Below are positions 16,039-25,087 of a stretch of 25,743 nt of DNA, piece after piece. Each line of letters opens with the position of its first letter. Position 1 is the stretch's first letter. The notes beneath the pieces were generated by a model, which worked only from the letters and a program-made list of their open reading frames with translations, ran no database searches and had not been told where the DNA came from. The translations under genes and the position numbers were made by a program. The DNA comes from Chthoniobacterales bacterium (lineage in GTDB: Bacteria; Verrucomicrobiota; Verrucomicrobiia; Chthoniobacterales; JAFAMB01), in NCBI GenBank assembly GCA_051984705.1, contig JBPYFC010000264.1, forward strand, positions 1-25,743. Direction: 5' to 3'.

Positions 16039-16706
16039 CTACCGAACCACAACTTGTCGCAAAAGACCTGCATCGGGCATTCAAGATCGGCGCCCGAAGA
16101 ATCGAGGTACTTCGTGGCATCAACCTCGAGATTCGGCGCGGAGAAGCAATTTTCCTTTGCGGCGCATCTGGAGCCGGCAAGACCACTTTACTCTATACGT
16201 TAGCCGGCTTGGAGCGGCCCGAATCCGGCGAGGTAACCTTTGAGGGCCACCGGCTTTACCGGAACGGGTCCTCAGCCGATGCGCGGATTCGAAACGAAAG
16301 GATGGGATTTGTTTTTCAAAGTTATTTTCTCCTGCCGGAACTCACTGCATTGGAGAACGTCGTTTTGCCATCGCTTATTAGAAATCGGCAGCAACAAGAG
16401 CGCGCGGTCGAGTATCTCGAGCGCGTGGGACTCAAAGATCGCCTGCATCATTTGCCTAGCGAATTGTCTGGAGGCGAACAACAGCGCACCGCGATAGCGC
16501 GCGCATTGATCAACGACCCTGCGATCATTTTTGCGGACGAACCGACTGGAAATTTGGATACAACCAACGGCGACGCCATTATGGAATTGCTGCTTGCTTT
16601 GGCGCGGGAGAAGCAGAAAACATTAGTCGTGGTTACACACGATCAGGAACGCGCTTTGGCCGGCGATCGATGTCTCCACATCCGCGATGGATTACTCACC
16701 GATTAA
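16035..16706 (+). CDS. ABC transporter ATP-binding protein, LolD/MacB-like
   Basis: Walker A GASGAGKTT, GFVFQSYFLLPELTALENV, LSGGEQQR.AIARAL, ADEPTGNLD and VVTHD. The likely start is TTG 16035, a TTGA overlap with the trmL stop; the track start at 15837 lies inside trmL. Confidence 0.92.
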   Translation: MTTEPQLVAKDLHRAFKIGARRIEVLRGINLEIRRGEAIFLCGASGAGKTTLLYTLAGLERPESGEVTFEGHRLYRNGSSADARIRNERMGFVFQSYFLLPELTALENVVLPSLIRNRQQQERAVEYLERVGLKDRLHHLPSELSGGEQQRTAIARALINDPAIIFADEPTGNLDTTNGDAIMELLLALAREKQKTLVVVTHDQERALAGDRCLHIRDGLLTD

Positions 16707-16717
16707 GCAACCTTAAT

Positions 16718-17599
16718 ATGTCTATGAACCTCAAAATCTATATCGACGGAAATTTCCTGGACCAGGCCGAGGCAAAGATTTCGGTGTTCGATCACGGCCT
16801 GCTTTATGGTGACGGGGTATTTGAGGGGATCCGCTTTTATAACAATCGCGTTTTTCGGTTCGAGGCCCACATTGACCGGCTCTGGGATTCTGCTCGAGCA
16901 ATCGCCTTGGAAATCCCAATGTCCAAATCCGAGATGGTTGCTGCGACCCTGGAGACGATCCGGCAAAATGACTTGCACGATGGCTATATCCGAACTGTTG
17001 TAACGCGCGGTATCGGCTCACTGGGACTCAGCGCCGATAGTTGCCGGCGGCCGAGCGTCATCATCATCGCAGCAACTATCTCTCTCTATCCGGAAGAGCT
17101 TTATCAGAAGGGTTTAACTCTGGCCACATGCTCAACCCGCAGACCATCCCCCGCGGCCCTCTCTCCGCGAGTAAAGTCACTGAACTACTTGAGCAACGTT
17201 ATGGCCAAGATCGAAGCGCAGATGGCAGGCGCAGGCGAAGGACTGATGCTGAACGAGCAAGGCTACGTTTCGGAGTGCACCGCTGACAACATTTTCATCG
17301 TCAAGAATGGGGTCATCTGGACACCTCCGTTGCACTCCGGGATCCTCGCCGGCATCACTCGCGAGGTCGTGATTGAGCTTGCCGGGCAACACAAGATACC
17401 TTGCATCGAGCGTGACCTGACCCGCTATGATATCTATACTGCCGACGAGTGTCTTTTGACAGGAAGCGGTGCAGAAGTCATTCCGGCCGTACAACTCGAC
17501 CGTCGGATTATCGGTACCGGAAAGCCTGGTCCCATTACACTGAAGCTCATCGAAAGCTTCCGCGAGTTGACACGTACGACCGGTACCCCGATCTATTAA
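16718..17599 (+). CDS. ilvE: Branched-chain amino acid aminotransferase (PLP class IV)
   Basis: ISVFDHGLLYGDGVFEGIRFY, RLWDSA, YIR.VVTRG, KSLNYL, E.LMLNEQGYVSECTADNIF, LAGITR and ADECLLTGSGAEV. Start is ATG 16718 or 16724. Confidence 0.95.
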   Translation: MSMNLKIYIDGNFLDQAEAKISVFDHGLLYGDGVFEGIRFYNNRVFRFEAHIDRLWDSARAIALEIPMSKSEMVAATLETIRQNDLHDGYIRTVVTRGIGSLGLSADSCRRPSVIIIAATISLYPEELYQKGLTLATCSTRRPSPAALSPRVKSLNYLSNVMAKIEAQMAGAGEGLMLNEQGYVSECTADNIFIVKNGVIWTPPLHSGILAGITREVVIELAGQHKIPCIERDLTRYDIYTADECLLTGSGAEVIPAVQLDRRIIGTGKPGPITLKLIESFRELTRTTGTPIY

Positions 17600-17650
17600 T
17601 AGGGCGCTTCAGATTTGGGATAGGCGTCCGATTAGAGGAGATGACAAGGC

Positions 17651-18139
17651 ATGATTTGTGACGTTTGCAAAACCAACACTGCAACGGTCTACCTGACGCA
17701 AATCGTCGACGGGAACATGAAAAAGATTAATCTTTGTGAATCATGTTCCAAAGATAAAGGGGTATCAGACCCAACGGGCTTCGCGCTGGCTGATCTTTTG
17801 CTCGGTCTTGGTGAATCGCAACAGGTCGAACAAGGGCCGCCGACTGAACATTGCCCCGTATGCGGTTTTACTCAAGCCGACTTCAAAAAGACGGGGCGCC
17901 TCGGATGCAGCGAGTGTTACCACACCTTTTCGGAAGGTTTGAACTCGTTGATTAAAGCGATGCATAAAGGAACAAGACATTCCGGTAAGGTACCGGCGCG
18001 TTTGTTTCGGCATCTAGCCCGTTCAGGGCAGCTTGGTGAGCTCAGACGCAATCTCGAAGAAGCCGTTTCCAAAGAGGACTACGAACAGGCGGCAAGTCTT
18101 AGAGACAAGATCAGGCAATTAGAAGAGGGGTTGTCATGA
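17651..18139 (+). CDS. mcsA: McsA, Zn-binding activator of McsB (four CxxC plus UVR-like coiled coil)
   Basis: CDVC, CESC, CPVC, CSEC, F.K.GRLGC..CY.TF, H.GKVP and AV..EDYE.AA.LRD.I. SD-like GAGGAG 10 nt upstream. Confidence 0.95.
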   Translation: MICDVCKTNTATVYLTQIVDGNMKKINLCESCSKDKGVSDPTGFALADLLLGLGESQQVEQGPPTEHCPVCGFTQADFKKTGRLGCSECYHTFSEGLNSLIKAMHKGTRHSGKVPARLFRHLARSGQLGELRRNLEEAVSKEDYEQAASLRDKIRQLEEGLS

Positions 18140-19242
18140 AGATCGCCGCGATACTGGCTACACCGGGCGAATGGCTGTCCACGCAGAACGGGCATCACCC
18201 GGTGGTTATCAGCAGCCGAGTACGATTGGCTCGCAATCTGGCGAAACTGCCTTTCCCGGGCTGGGCGAAAAAGACGGAACGCATCCGTATCCTCGACGAG
18301 ATAAGACCGGAAGTTGACGGGTTGGGCCAGATGCGCGGCGCATTCTCCGAACAGCTGAATGAGCTGTCGGCTCTGGAAAAACAAGTTCTAGTCGAACGGC
18401 ATCTGATCAGCCGGGAACACGCTGCCAAAGGCACGGGTAGCGCTGTGGTAATTGATGCGGCCCAGCGGGTCAGCATCATGATCAATGAGGAAGATCATCT
18501 GCGAATGCAAGCAATGAGCTTCGGGCTCAACCTGCAAAAAACCTTTGAGAACATAGACGAAGTGGATACCGCGCTTGAGGCACACCTCGATTTCGCATTT
18601 GATCCTACCCTTGGTTATCTGACCGCCTGTCCGACCAATGTAGGTACCGGGATGCGTGCGTCGGCGATGGTTCATCTCCCGGGGCTGGTATTGAGCGATC
18701 AGATCAATCAAGTGGTGAATTCAATCAATAAGATTGGTCTGGCCGTACGCGGCCTATACGGCGAAGGTACAGAAGCGATGGGTAACCTGTTCCAGGTATC
18801 CAATCAGACTACATTGGGTGAAAAGGAAGCCCAAATCATCGAGAGACTGAATAAAGTGATCGAGACGCTCATCCAAAGAGAAACCCAGGCGCGCGAAAAC
18901 TTGCTACAAACCAAGTCAACGATGTTGGCGGATCAAGTTGGCCGGGCCTACGGCATTTTGACCCACGCGCACTCGGTTTCCTCAAAAGAAGCGCTTAATT
19001 TGCTCTCCGTGATGCGGCTGGGGATTGACTTAGGGTTTTTCCCGGAAGACGCTTTGACAGTGATCAATTCACTTTTAATGGAAACGCAGCCGGCGCATTT
19101 ACAGCATCTTTCGCAGCAAAAACTGAGTGCGGAGGAGAGGGATCATTTACGTGCCGAGATCGTCCGTAAAAAGTTGAAAAACTTTCCCAAGCCCCATAAT
19201 ACTAATAAGCTGTCCGGCGGATCGGCGGCGGAAAGCCAATGA
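18136..19242 (+). CDS. mcsB: Protein-arginine kinase McsB
   Basis: [62 protein letters not shown] and [14 protein letters not shown] overlap with mcsA. Confidence 0.96.
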   Translation: MKIAAILATPGEWLSTQNGHHPVVISSRVRLARNLAKLPFPGWAKKTERIRILDEIRPEVDGLGQMRGAFSEQLNELSALEKQVLVERHLISREHAAKGTGSAVVIDAAQRVSIMINEEDHLRMQAMSFGLNLQKTFENIDEVDTALEAHLDFAFDPTLGYLTACPTNVGTGMRASAMVHLPGLVLSDQINQVVNSINKIGLAVRGLYGEGTEAMGNLFQVSNQTTLGEKEAQIIERLNKVIETLIQRETQARENLLQTKSTMLADQVGRAYGILTHAHSVSSKEALNLLSVMRLGIDLGFFPEDALTVINSLLMETQPAHLQHLSQQKLSAEERDHLRAEIVRKKLKNFPKPHNTNKLSGGSAAESQ

Positions 19243-21716
19243 TGAATAATTTTACTCCACGTGCCCAACAGGTTTTGGCGCTCGCGCGCAAGGAGGCCGA
19301 CCGCTTCAATCATAATTATGTCGGGACAGAGCATCTTCTGCTGGGTCTGATCAAACTGGGACAAGGTGTCGCGGTCAATGTCCTCCAGAAAATGGGGCTC
19401 GATCTCGATACGGTGCGAATGGAAGTCGAAAAGCATGTGGGTTCGCATCCCGAGACCAAGATGGTTGGCAATATTCCTTACACGCCGCGGGTAAAAAAGG
19501 TCTTGGCACTGGCTGGTAAAGAAGCAAAAGCATTGAACCATTCTTACGTGGGAACCGAACATATTTTGTTGGGACTCTTGCGAGAAGGTGAAGGAGTAGC
19601 AGCCAGGGTATTAAAGAGTCTGGAAGTCGACATCGAACGAACGCGAAACGAAATCTTAAAAGAATTGGACCCGAATTTTACACCGCCGGAGAGCGAGGCT
19701 GAGGCCCCGCAGGAAGGCAACAAGAAAGATGTTAAGACGCCCGCTCTGCGCGCTTTCGGTCGCGATTTGACCGAGCTCGCGCGGAAGGACGAGTTGGATC
19801 CGGTTATCGGCCGTAAGGACGAGATAGAACGCGTGATTCAGATCCTCTGTCGACGTACCAAAAACAACCCGGTCCTTCTGGGGGAGGCGGGAGTCGGCAA
19901 AACAGCGATCGTGGAAGGACTCGCTCAGGAGATCGCTGCCGGTGATGTACCAGAATTACTCCGGGACAAGCGGGTGATTACGCTCGATCTGGCACTGATG
20001 GTTGCCGGAACGAAATATCGCGGCCAGTTCGAAGAACGCATCAAAGCGGTCATGGACGAGATTCGGCGTTCCAAGAATGTTATTCTCTTTATTGACGAGC
20101 TTCACACCATCGTGGGCGCAGGATCGGCTGAAGGAGCGATGGATGCCTCGAACATTATCAAACCGGCACTCAGCCGGGGCGAACTCCAATGCGTTGGGGC
20201 AACGACATTGAACGAGTACCGGAAGTACATCGAGAAGGATGCTGCGCTGGAGCGCAGGTTCCAGACGGTAAAGGTGGAAGCCCCGACCATCGAGGAGGCA
20301 GCGCAAATACTTCGAGGATTGCGTCCCAAATATGAAGCGCATCATAAGGCAAAACTGACCGACGAAGCTTTGGATGCCGCGGTAAGGCTCTCCGATCGTT
20401 ACCTAACCGGACGTTTTCTGCCCGATAAAGCGATCGATGTCATGGACGAGGCGGGCGCGCGTGCACGGATCAACGCCATGACTCGGCCGCCGGATGTCAA
20501 AGAAATCGAGAAAGAGATCGAGACAATTCGGAACGACAAAGAGGCGGCAATAAAGGCGCAAGATTTTGAGAAGGCTGCTGCACTGCGGGATTCGGAGAAG
20601 CAGGCGAAAGATAAGCTGGAGCGGATCCTGGATGAATGGCGCGAACGCCGCGAAGAACAGGAAGTCGTCGTTACTGCCGAAGATATCATGCACATCGTTT
20701 CGAAGTGGACCGGTGTGCCGCTCAATCGCATGGAAGAGAAAGAAGCTCAAAAGCTCCTGAAGATGGAGGACGAGCTCAAACAGCAAGTCATTGGTCAAGA
20801 TGAGGCGGTTGTCGCTATTAGCAAGGCTCTGCGACGGTCGCGTGCCGACCTGAAAGACCCACGGAGGCCGATCGGGTCATTCATTTTCCTCGGGCCAACC
20901 GGAGTCGGCAAGACGTTCCTCGCTCGTTCTCTAGCAGAATTCATGTTTGGCGACGCGGATGCGCTGATCCAGATCGACATGTCCGAGTACATGGAGAAGT
21001 TTACCGCCTCGCGTTTGATCGGCTCGCCACCGGGCTATGTCGGTTACGAAGAGGGTGGACAGCTTTCGGAAGCTGTGCGGCGGCGCCCATACTCGGTCGT
21101 GTTGTTCGACGAAGTAGAAAAGGCGCACCCGGATGTCATGCACCTGCTCTTGCAGATTCTGGAGGAAGGCAAGATCACAGACAGCCTTGGAAGAAAAATC
21201 GATTTCCGGAATACGATAATTATCATGACATCGAACGTTGGCGCTGAGCTGATCAAGCGCCAGACCTCGATGGGCTTTGGAGCGGTTGCCGGTCATGAAA
21301 CCTATGAGGCGATGCGGGAAAAGATCATGGAAGAGTCGAAACGTATTTTTAAACCGGAGTTCCTGAACCGGTTGGACGACATGATCGTATTCCACACGCT
21401 GGAGCGCGAAAGCTTGGCCAAGATTGTCGAACTTGAAGTCGCCAAAGTCGTTGAGCGGATCCGAGCCAAAGACATCAAGGTTCATCTTGATCCGAGCGCA
21501 GTAGAGTTTCTCATCGAGAAAGGATACGATCCGACCTACGGGGCGCGCCCAATGCGCCGGGCAGTCGAGAAGCATCTGGAAGACCCTCTGGCGGAGGAAT
21601 TGCTGCGTAGCAACGTCAAGCGGGGAGATACCCTGGATGTTATCGCGGTCGGCGAACACCTGACATTTAAGGCTCACCAGGCCGAGACCAGCGAGCCTGC
21701 CGCCGCGTCCAGCTAA
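19239..21716 (+). CDS. clpC: ATP-dependent Clp protease ATP-binding subunit ClpC
   Basis: Two Clp-N repeats with GTEH, NBD1 ([15 protein letters not shown]), a short coiled-coil M domain, NBD2 ([17 protein letters not shown]) and [11 protein letters not shown] overlap with mcsB. Confidence 0.98.
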   Translation: MMNNFTPRAQQVLALARKEADRFNHNYVGTEHLLLGLIKLGQGVAVNVLQKMGLDLDTVRMEVEKHVGSHPETKMVGNIPYTPRVKKVLALAGKEAKALNHSYVGTEHILLGLLREGEGVAARVLKSLEVDIERTRNEILKELDPNFTPPESEAEAPQEGNKKDVKTPALRAFGRDLTELARKDELDPVIGRKDEIERVIQILCRRTKNNPVLLGEAGVGKTAIVEGLAQEIAAGDVPELLRDKRVITLDLALMVAGTKYRGQFEERIKAVMDEIRRSKNVILFIDELHTIVGAGSAEGAMDASNIIKPALSRGELQCVGATTLNEYRKYIEKDAALERRFQTVKVEAPTIEEAAQILRGLRPKYEAHHKAKLTDEALDAAVRLSDRYLTGRFLPDKAIDVMDEAGARARINAMTRPPDVKEIEKEIETIRNDKEAAIKAQDFEKAAALRDSEKQAKDKLERILDEWRERREEQEVVVTAEDIMHIVSKWTGVPLNRMEEKEAQKLLKMEDELKQQVIGQDEAVVAISKALRRSRADLKDPRRPIGSFIFLGPTGVGKTFLARSLAEFMFGDADALIQIDMSEYMEKFTASRLIGSPPGYVGYEEGGQLSEAVRRRPYSVVLFDEVEKAHPDVMHLLLQILEEGKITDSLGRKIDFRNTIIIMTSNVGAELIKRQTSMGFGAVAGHETYEAMREKIMEESKRIFKPEFLNRLDDMIVFHTLERESLAKIVELEVAKVVERIRAKDIKVHLDPSAVEFLIEKGYDPTYGARPMRRAVEKHLEDPLAEELLRSNVKRGDTLDVIAVGEHLTFKAHQAETSEPAAASS

Positions 21717-21718
21717 GT

Positions 21719-21739
21719 CGCGGCACCTTCGGTGCCGCG
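21719..21739 (+). terminator. GC-rich hairpin right after the clpC stop (possible terminator or mRNA-stabilising stem)
   Basis: cgcggcacc-ttc-ggtgccgcg is a perfect 9-bp stem, but no U-tract follows (gttgtc). Confidence 0.5.
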
Positions 21740-21746
21740 GTTGTCA

Positions 21747-21774
21747 GTCGACGGTCGACCGTCTTCCGTCGACC
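21747..21774. repeat. Heptamer tandem array GTCGAC[C/G]
   Basis: gtcgacg gtcgacc gtcttcc gtcgacc, four in-register units. Confidence 0.65.
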
Positions 21775-21850
21775 GTTTGGTGGGCATTGAAGGCGCTTGG
21801 CGACGTGACTCTTTGTCAACCTTACCACCCCCACCCGCACCGCTCCATTC

Positions 21851-21879
21851 TTGAGATTCGTCCCGGCCAAGCGCACAAT
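21851..21879 (+). promoter_or_regulatory. Candidate sigma70 promoter for folP-cdaA-small ORF-glmM-bioD
   Basis: TTGAGA (5/6), exactly 17 nt, CACAAT (4/6, keeps -11A and -7T). The folP ATG follows after only 8 nt. Confidence 0.55.
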
Positions 21880-21887
21880 GGCTTAGG

Positions 21888-22736
21888 ATGCTTTGGAAAC
21901 TAAAGGATCGCACAATCGATCTTGGGAGATCAGGGATGGTTATGGGGGTGCTCAATACAACACCCGATTCGTTTTCCGATGGCGGAAAATACCTCAATCA
22001 AGACGCTGCGCTTCAACACGCTTCCGAAATGATCAGCGAGGGTGCCGCAATTCTGGATATCGGCGGTGAATCCTCACGACCAGGGGCAGATCCCGTGCCG
22101 GTCGAAGAAGAGATTCGTCGCGTCATTCCGACTCTACGAATAATACGATCCGCATTTCCAGAAATCATCCTTTCCGTCGATACAACGAAGTCAGCAACAG
22201 CCCGGGAAGCATTACTTGCCGGAGCCGACATCATTAACGATATCTCGGCTGCTACAGCAGATCCGGAGATGGCTGCCCTGCTCAAAGAATCGGGCGCCGG
22301 TATCATCCTCATGCATATGCAGGGGACGCCAAAAACGATGCAGATCAACCCGACATACTCCGATGTGGTTGCCGAGGTTTTCGAATTCCTTAAACAACGG
22401 ACTGAGGCATTAGTGGATCAAGGGATCGATCGCCAATGCGTTGCCATTGATCCGGGCTATTGCTTCGGGAAACTGCTTGCCCATAACATATCGCTGGCCC
22501 GCAATCTGAAGAAGTTCAAGGAGATCCGACGTCCAATAGTGGTGGGAGTCTCTAAGAAGAGCATGATCCCCCAGCTGTTAAGCCAGCCTCGGCTACCAAT
22601 GACAGACAGGATTTGGCCGACTGTTGCGTTTACCAGCATCCTGCGCGAGGAAGGAGCTCACGTCTTCCGAGTTCATGAAGTGAAACCAAACGTGGATGCT
22701 CTTCGGATGACGGAAGCAATCCTCTTCGATGAATAA
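21888..22736 (+). CDS. folP: Dihydropteroate synthase
   Basis: MGVLNTTPDSFSDGG, DIGGESSRPGA, SVDT, INDIS, LMHMQGTP, IDPG.CFGK, S.KS and RVHE. Several motif positions deviate from the usual consensus (see findings). Confidence 0.95.
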   Translation: MLWKLKDRTIDLGRSGMVMGVLNTTPDSFSDGGKYLNQDAALQHASEMISEGAAILDIGGESSRPGADPVPVEEEIRRVIPTLRIIRSAFPEIILSVDTTKSATAREALLAGADIINDISAATADPEMAALLKESGAGIILMHMQGTPKTMQINPTYSDVVAEVFEFLKQRTEALVDQGIDRQCVAIDPGYCFGKLLAHNISLARNLKKFKEIRRPIVVGVSKKSMIPQLLSQPRLPMTDRIWPTVAFTSILREEGAHVFRVHEVKPNVDALRMTEAILFDE

Positions 22737-23550
22737 TCCAGTCCTAGAATTCATCCAGAATAATTGGACCGCAGGGATTGAGATCGCGTTGTTGGCGGTC
22801 GCTATCTATTACGGCTACCTCTACTTCGGCGGCACACGCGGCGCCAAAGTGTTGACTGGGTTGGCGATTCTTTTCATTACCCTCACACTCATTTCGCAGA
22901 TCCTTAATCTGACAGTCATAGGCTGGCTTTTGCGCAGCCTCACCGCCTTCCTGGCGATTGCGCTGGTCATTATCTTCCAACCAGAGCTGCGACGCGCACT
23001 CGCTGAACTTGGTAGCAGCCATTTCTTTTCAACAGCCAGCCAAAAGAAAGAAACCATCGACGTCATTAGCGACGCCGTCTTCGAGCTGGCAAGCAACCAG
23101 ACAGGAGCCCTCATCGCAATCGAACGCGATACCGCAATTCGAAGCTTCGCAGAGAGCGGAGTAAATATTGATTGCGAAGTATCATCTGAACTTCTACTCA
23201 CGATTTTCTTCCCAAAAACGCCACTCCATGACGGAGGCGTGATTATTCGCAACGATCGAATCGTCGCAGCTGCTTGCATTTTTCCGGTCAGCCAGCGGGA
23301 AGATCTAGATCGTACAATGGGGCTGCGTCATCGGGCCGCGATTGGTATCACCGAGGAATCAGACGCAGTCGCCATAGTCGTATCAGAGGAAACCGGGAAC
23401 ATTTCGATCTGTTACCGAGGAAAGGTCGAACGCGGGTTAAAGCCAGGCCAATTCGAGAAGCGGTTGTCCGAGCTTTTGCTGCCCGAGGCTGAACATGCCG
23501 AAAATGAAGAAAATGAAACGTTGCACGAATCCGATACGACTCCACCGTAG
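22729..23550 (+). CDS. cdaA: Diadenylate cyclase CdaA/DacA (c-di-AMP synthase)
   Basis: Three N-terminal hydrophobic helices, IIFQPELRRAL, GALIAIER, IF.PKTPLHDGG (DGA-type motif), GLRHRAAIG (RHR motif) and IVVSEETG.IS. Confidence 0.96.
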   Translation: MNNPVLEFIQNNWTAGIEIALLAVAIYYGYLYFGGTRGAKVLTGLAILFITLTLISQILNLTVIGWLLRSLTAFLAIALVIIFQPELRRALAELGSSHFFSTASQKKETIDVISDAVFELASNQTGALIAIERDTAIRSFAESGVNIDCEVSSELLLTIFFPKTPLHDGGVIIRNDRIVAAACIFPVSQREDLDRTMGLRHRAAIGITEESDAVAIVVSEETGNISICYRGKVERGLKPGQFEKRLSELLLPEAEHAENEENETLHESDTTPP

Positions 23551-23567
23551 AGGCTAACGCCGAATCC

Positions 23568-23717
23568 ATGAAACGTCTTTTTCTAGAAAACTGGCGGGCA
23601 AAACTGATGGCCTTAATCGTGGCAACAGCGGTGTGGTATCTGATTAAACGAAATGTGGAAGTCAGCCCGGATCGGTGGCGGCTTGAACATCGGCCTGCAT
23701 TGACTCCAGGGGGCTAG
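23568..23717 (+). CDS. 49-aa single-pass membrane protein in the cdaR position (putative minimal CdaR/YbbR-anchor homolog); absent from the ORF track
   Basis: My translation: MKRLFLENWRAKLMALIVATAVWYLIKRNVEVSPDRWRLEHRPALTPGG*. ATG 17 nt after the cdaA stop and TAG 11 nt before the glmM start, so it fills the gap neatly. N-terminus resembles the CdaR pattern 'xxLxxNWxxKxxALxxAxxLW'. Confidence 0.75.
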   Translation: MKRLFLENWRAKLMALIVATAVWYLIKRNVEVSPDRWRLEHRPALTPGG

Positions 23718-23728
23718 GCTGATTTTGC

Positions 23729-25087
23729 GTGAGTAACCAAAGGCTTTTCGGCACAGACGGGGTCCGCGGTACCACGAACGTGGATCCGATTACAGTGCCA
23801 TCTGCCTTGCAGCTGATCCGCGCGGCGGTGGAAGTTCTCTGCGTCAAAGGGAGCCGCCCAAAGGCACTTGTCGGACGAGACACAAGAGCGTCCGGAGAGA
23901 TGTTGGAATCGGCCATTGCTGCAGGGCTGGCGTCCGCAGGAGTCGATATTGTTTTAGCGGGAACGGTGCCAACGCCGGCGATTGCCTACCTTACTGCAGC
24001 CCAGGAAGCCGCGTTTGGAGTAGTCATCTCAGCTTCGCACAACCCATTTGAAGATAATGGCATCAAGTTCTTTGGGCCGGATGGCTACAAGCTGAGCGAT
24101 GAGCAGGAGCAAGCCATAGAAGCTGCGTATTTCAGATCGAGCAATGCCATTCGCGATGTCGCTGCCAAGGACATCGGTCGGCTGTTCCATCTGCCTGATG
24201 CGGTCGAGCGATATGCGTCGCTCGCGATCGCTTCATTTCCAAGACCAGGATCACTGAAAGGATTAAAAATCGCTGTCGATACAGCAAACGGCGCGGCGTT
24301 TCAGACTACGCCTCTTGTCTTGTCGAATCTCGGAGCAACTCTTGAGCTGCGATCGGCAACGCCCGACGGATTCAATATCAATGCAGGATGCGGAAGCATG
24401 CACCCTGAATTGATCAGCCGTGTTGTATGCGAAACCGGGGCGAATGTCGGTATCGCTCACGATGGCGATGCTGATCGCGTCGTTTTCTGCGACGAGAAGG
24501 GCGAACCGCTGGACGGCGATGAACTTCTGGCAATCGCCGCTGTCGACCACCTCCGGCAAAATCGTCTGCGCAACAAGACATTGGTTGCAACAGTGATGAG
24601 CAACTTCGCTTTAGATGAGCTTCTGCAGAGCCATGGCGGTCGCGTGTTGCGCACCGCAGTAGGAGACCGACATGTCATCGACGCAATGGTCAAAAACCGG
24701 TTAAACCTCGGTGGCGAACAGAGTGGTCATCTCGTTTTTCGAGAGTTCGTGACGACCGGCGATGGTTTGATCAGCGCCCTGCAGATCCTGTCGATCATGG
24801 TTTCGACTGGAAAGCCGCTTAGCGAACTTCGCCTTCTTCTAAAGAAGTTTCCGCAAGTGCAGCGGAACTTGCATGTCCGGAGTAAACCCCCGATCGATCA
24901 GGTGCCGGGGCTTACGCAGGCAATTGGCATAGCCGAGAAAGCTTTAGCCGAGAAAGGACGTGTGTTGGTGCGCTATTCCGGCACCGAGCCACTCATCCGT
25001 TTGTTGCTGGAAGGTCCGGACCGAGTTCAGCTAGAGAAATTGGCAAATAACATTGCGCAGACAATTGAGGACCGTTTGAGCCCGTGA
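23729..25087 (+). CDS. glmM: Phosphoglucosamine mutase
   Basis: RLFGTDGVRG, VGRDTRASG, PTPAIAY, VISASHNPFEDNGIKFF (phospho-Ser loop), DGDADR, TVMSN, VGDR.V, GGEQSGH, GDG and RYSGTEP. GTG start. Confidence 0.97.
   Translation: MSNQRLFGTDGVRGTTNVDPITVPSALQLIRAAVEVLCVKGSRPKALVGRDTRASGEMLESAIAAGLASAGVDIVLAGTVPTPAIAYLTAAQEAAFGVVISASHNPFEDNGIKFFGPDGYKLSDEQEQAIEAAYFRSSNAIRDVAAKDIGRLFHLPDAVERYASLAIASFPRPGSLKGLKIAVDTANGAAFQTTPLVLSNLGATLELRSATPDGFNINAGCGSMHPELISRVVCETGANVGIAHDGDADRVVFCDEKGEPLDGDELLAIAAVDHLRQNRLRNKTLVATVMSNFALDELLQSHGGRVLRTAVGDRHVIDAMVKNRLNLGGEQSGHLVFREFVTTGDGLISALQILSIMVSTGKPLSELRLLLKKFPQVQRNLHVRSKPPIDQVPGLTQAIGIAEKALAEKGRVLVRYSGTEPLIRLLLEGPDRVQLEKLANNIAQTIEDRLSP

Noticed and set aside
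17600-17650. CtsR box or CIRCE upstream of mcsA; also a 6-codon ORF at 17641-17661
   Set aside because: Neither motif is present. The tiny ORF has zero SD spacing and is the tail of a shadow frame.
21667-21997. ORFs 21713-21997(-) and 21667-21876(-) in the clpC-folP gap
   Set aside because: They run through the hairpin, the heptamer array and the folP promoter candidate and overlap real genes.
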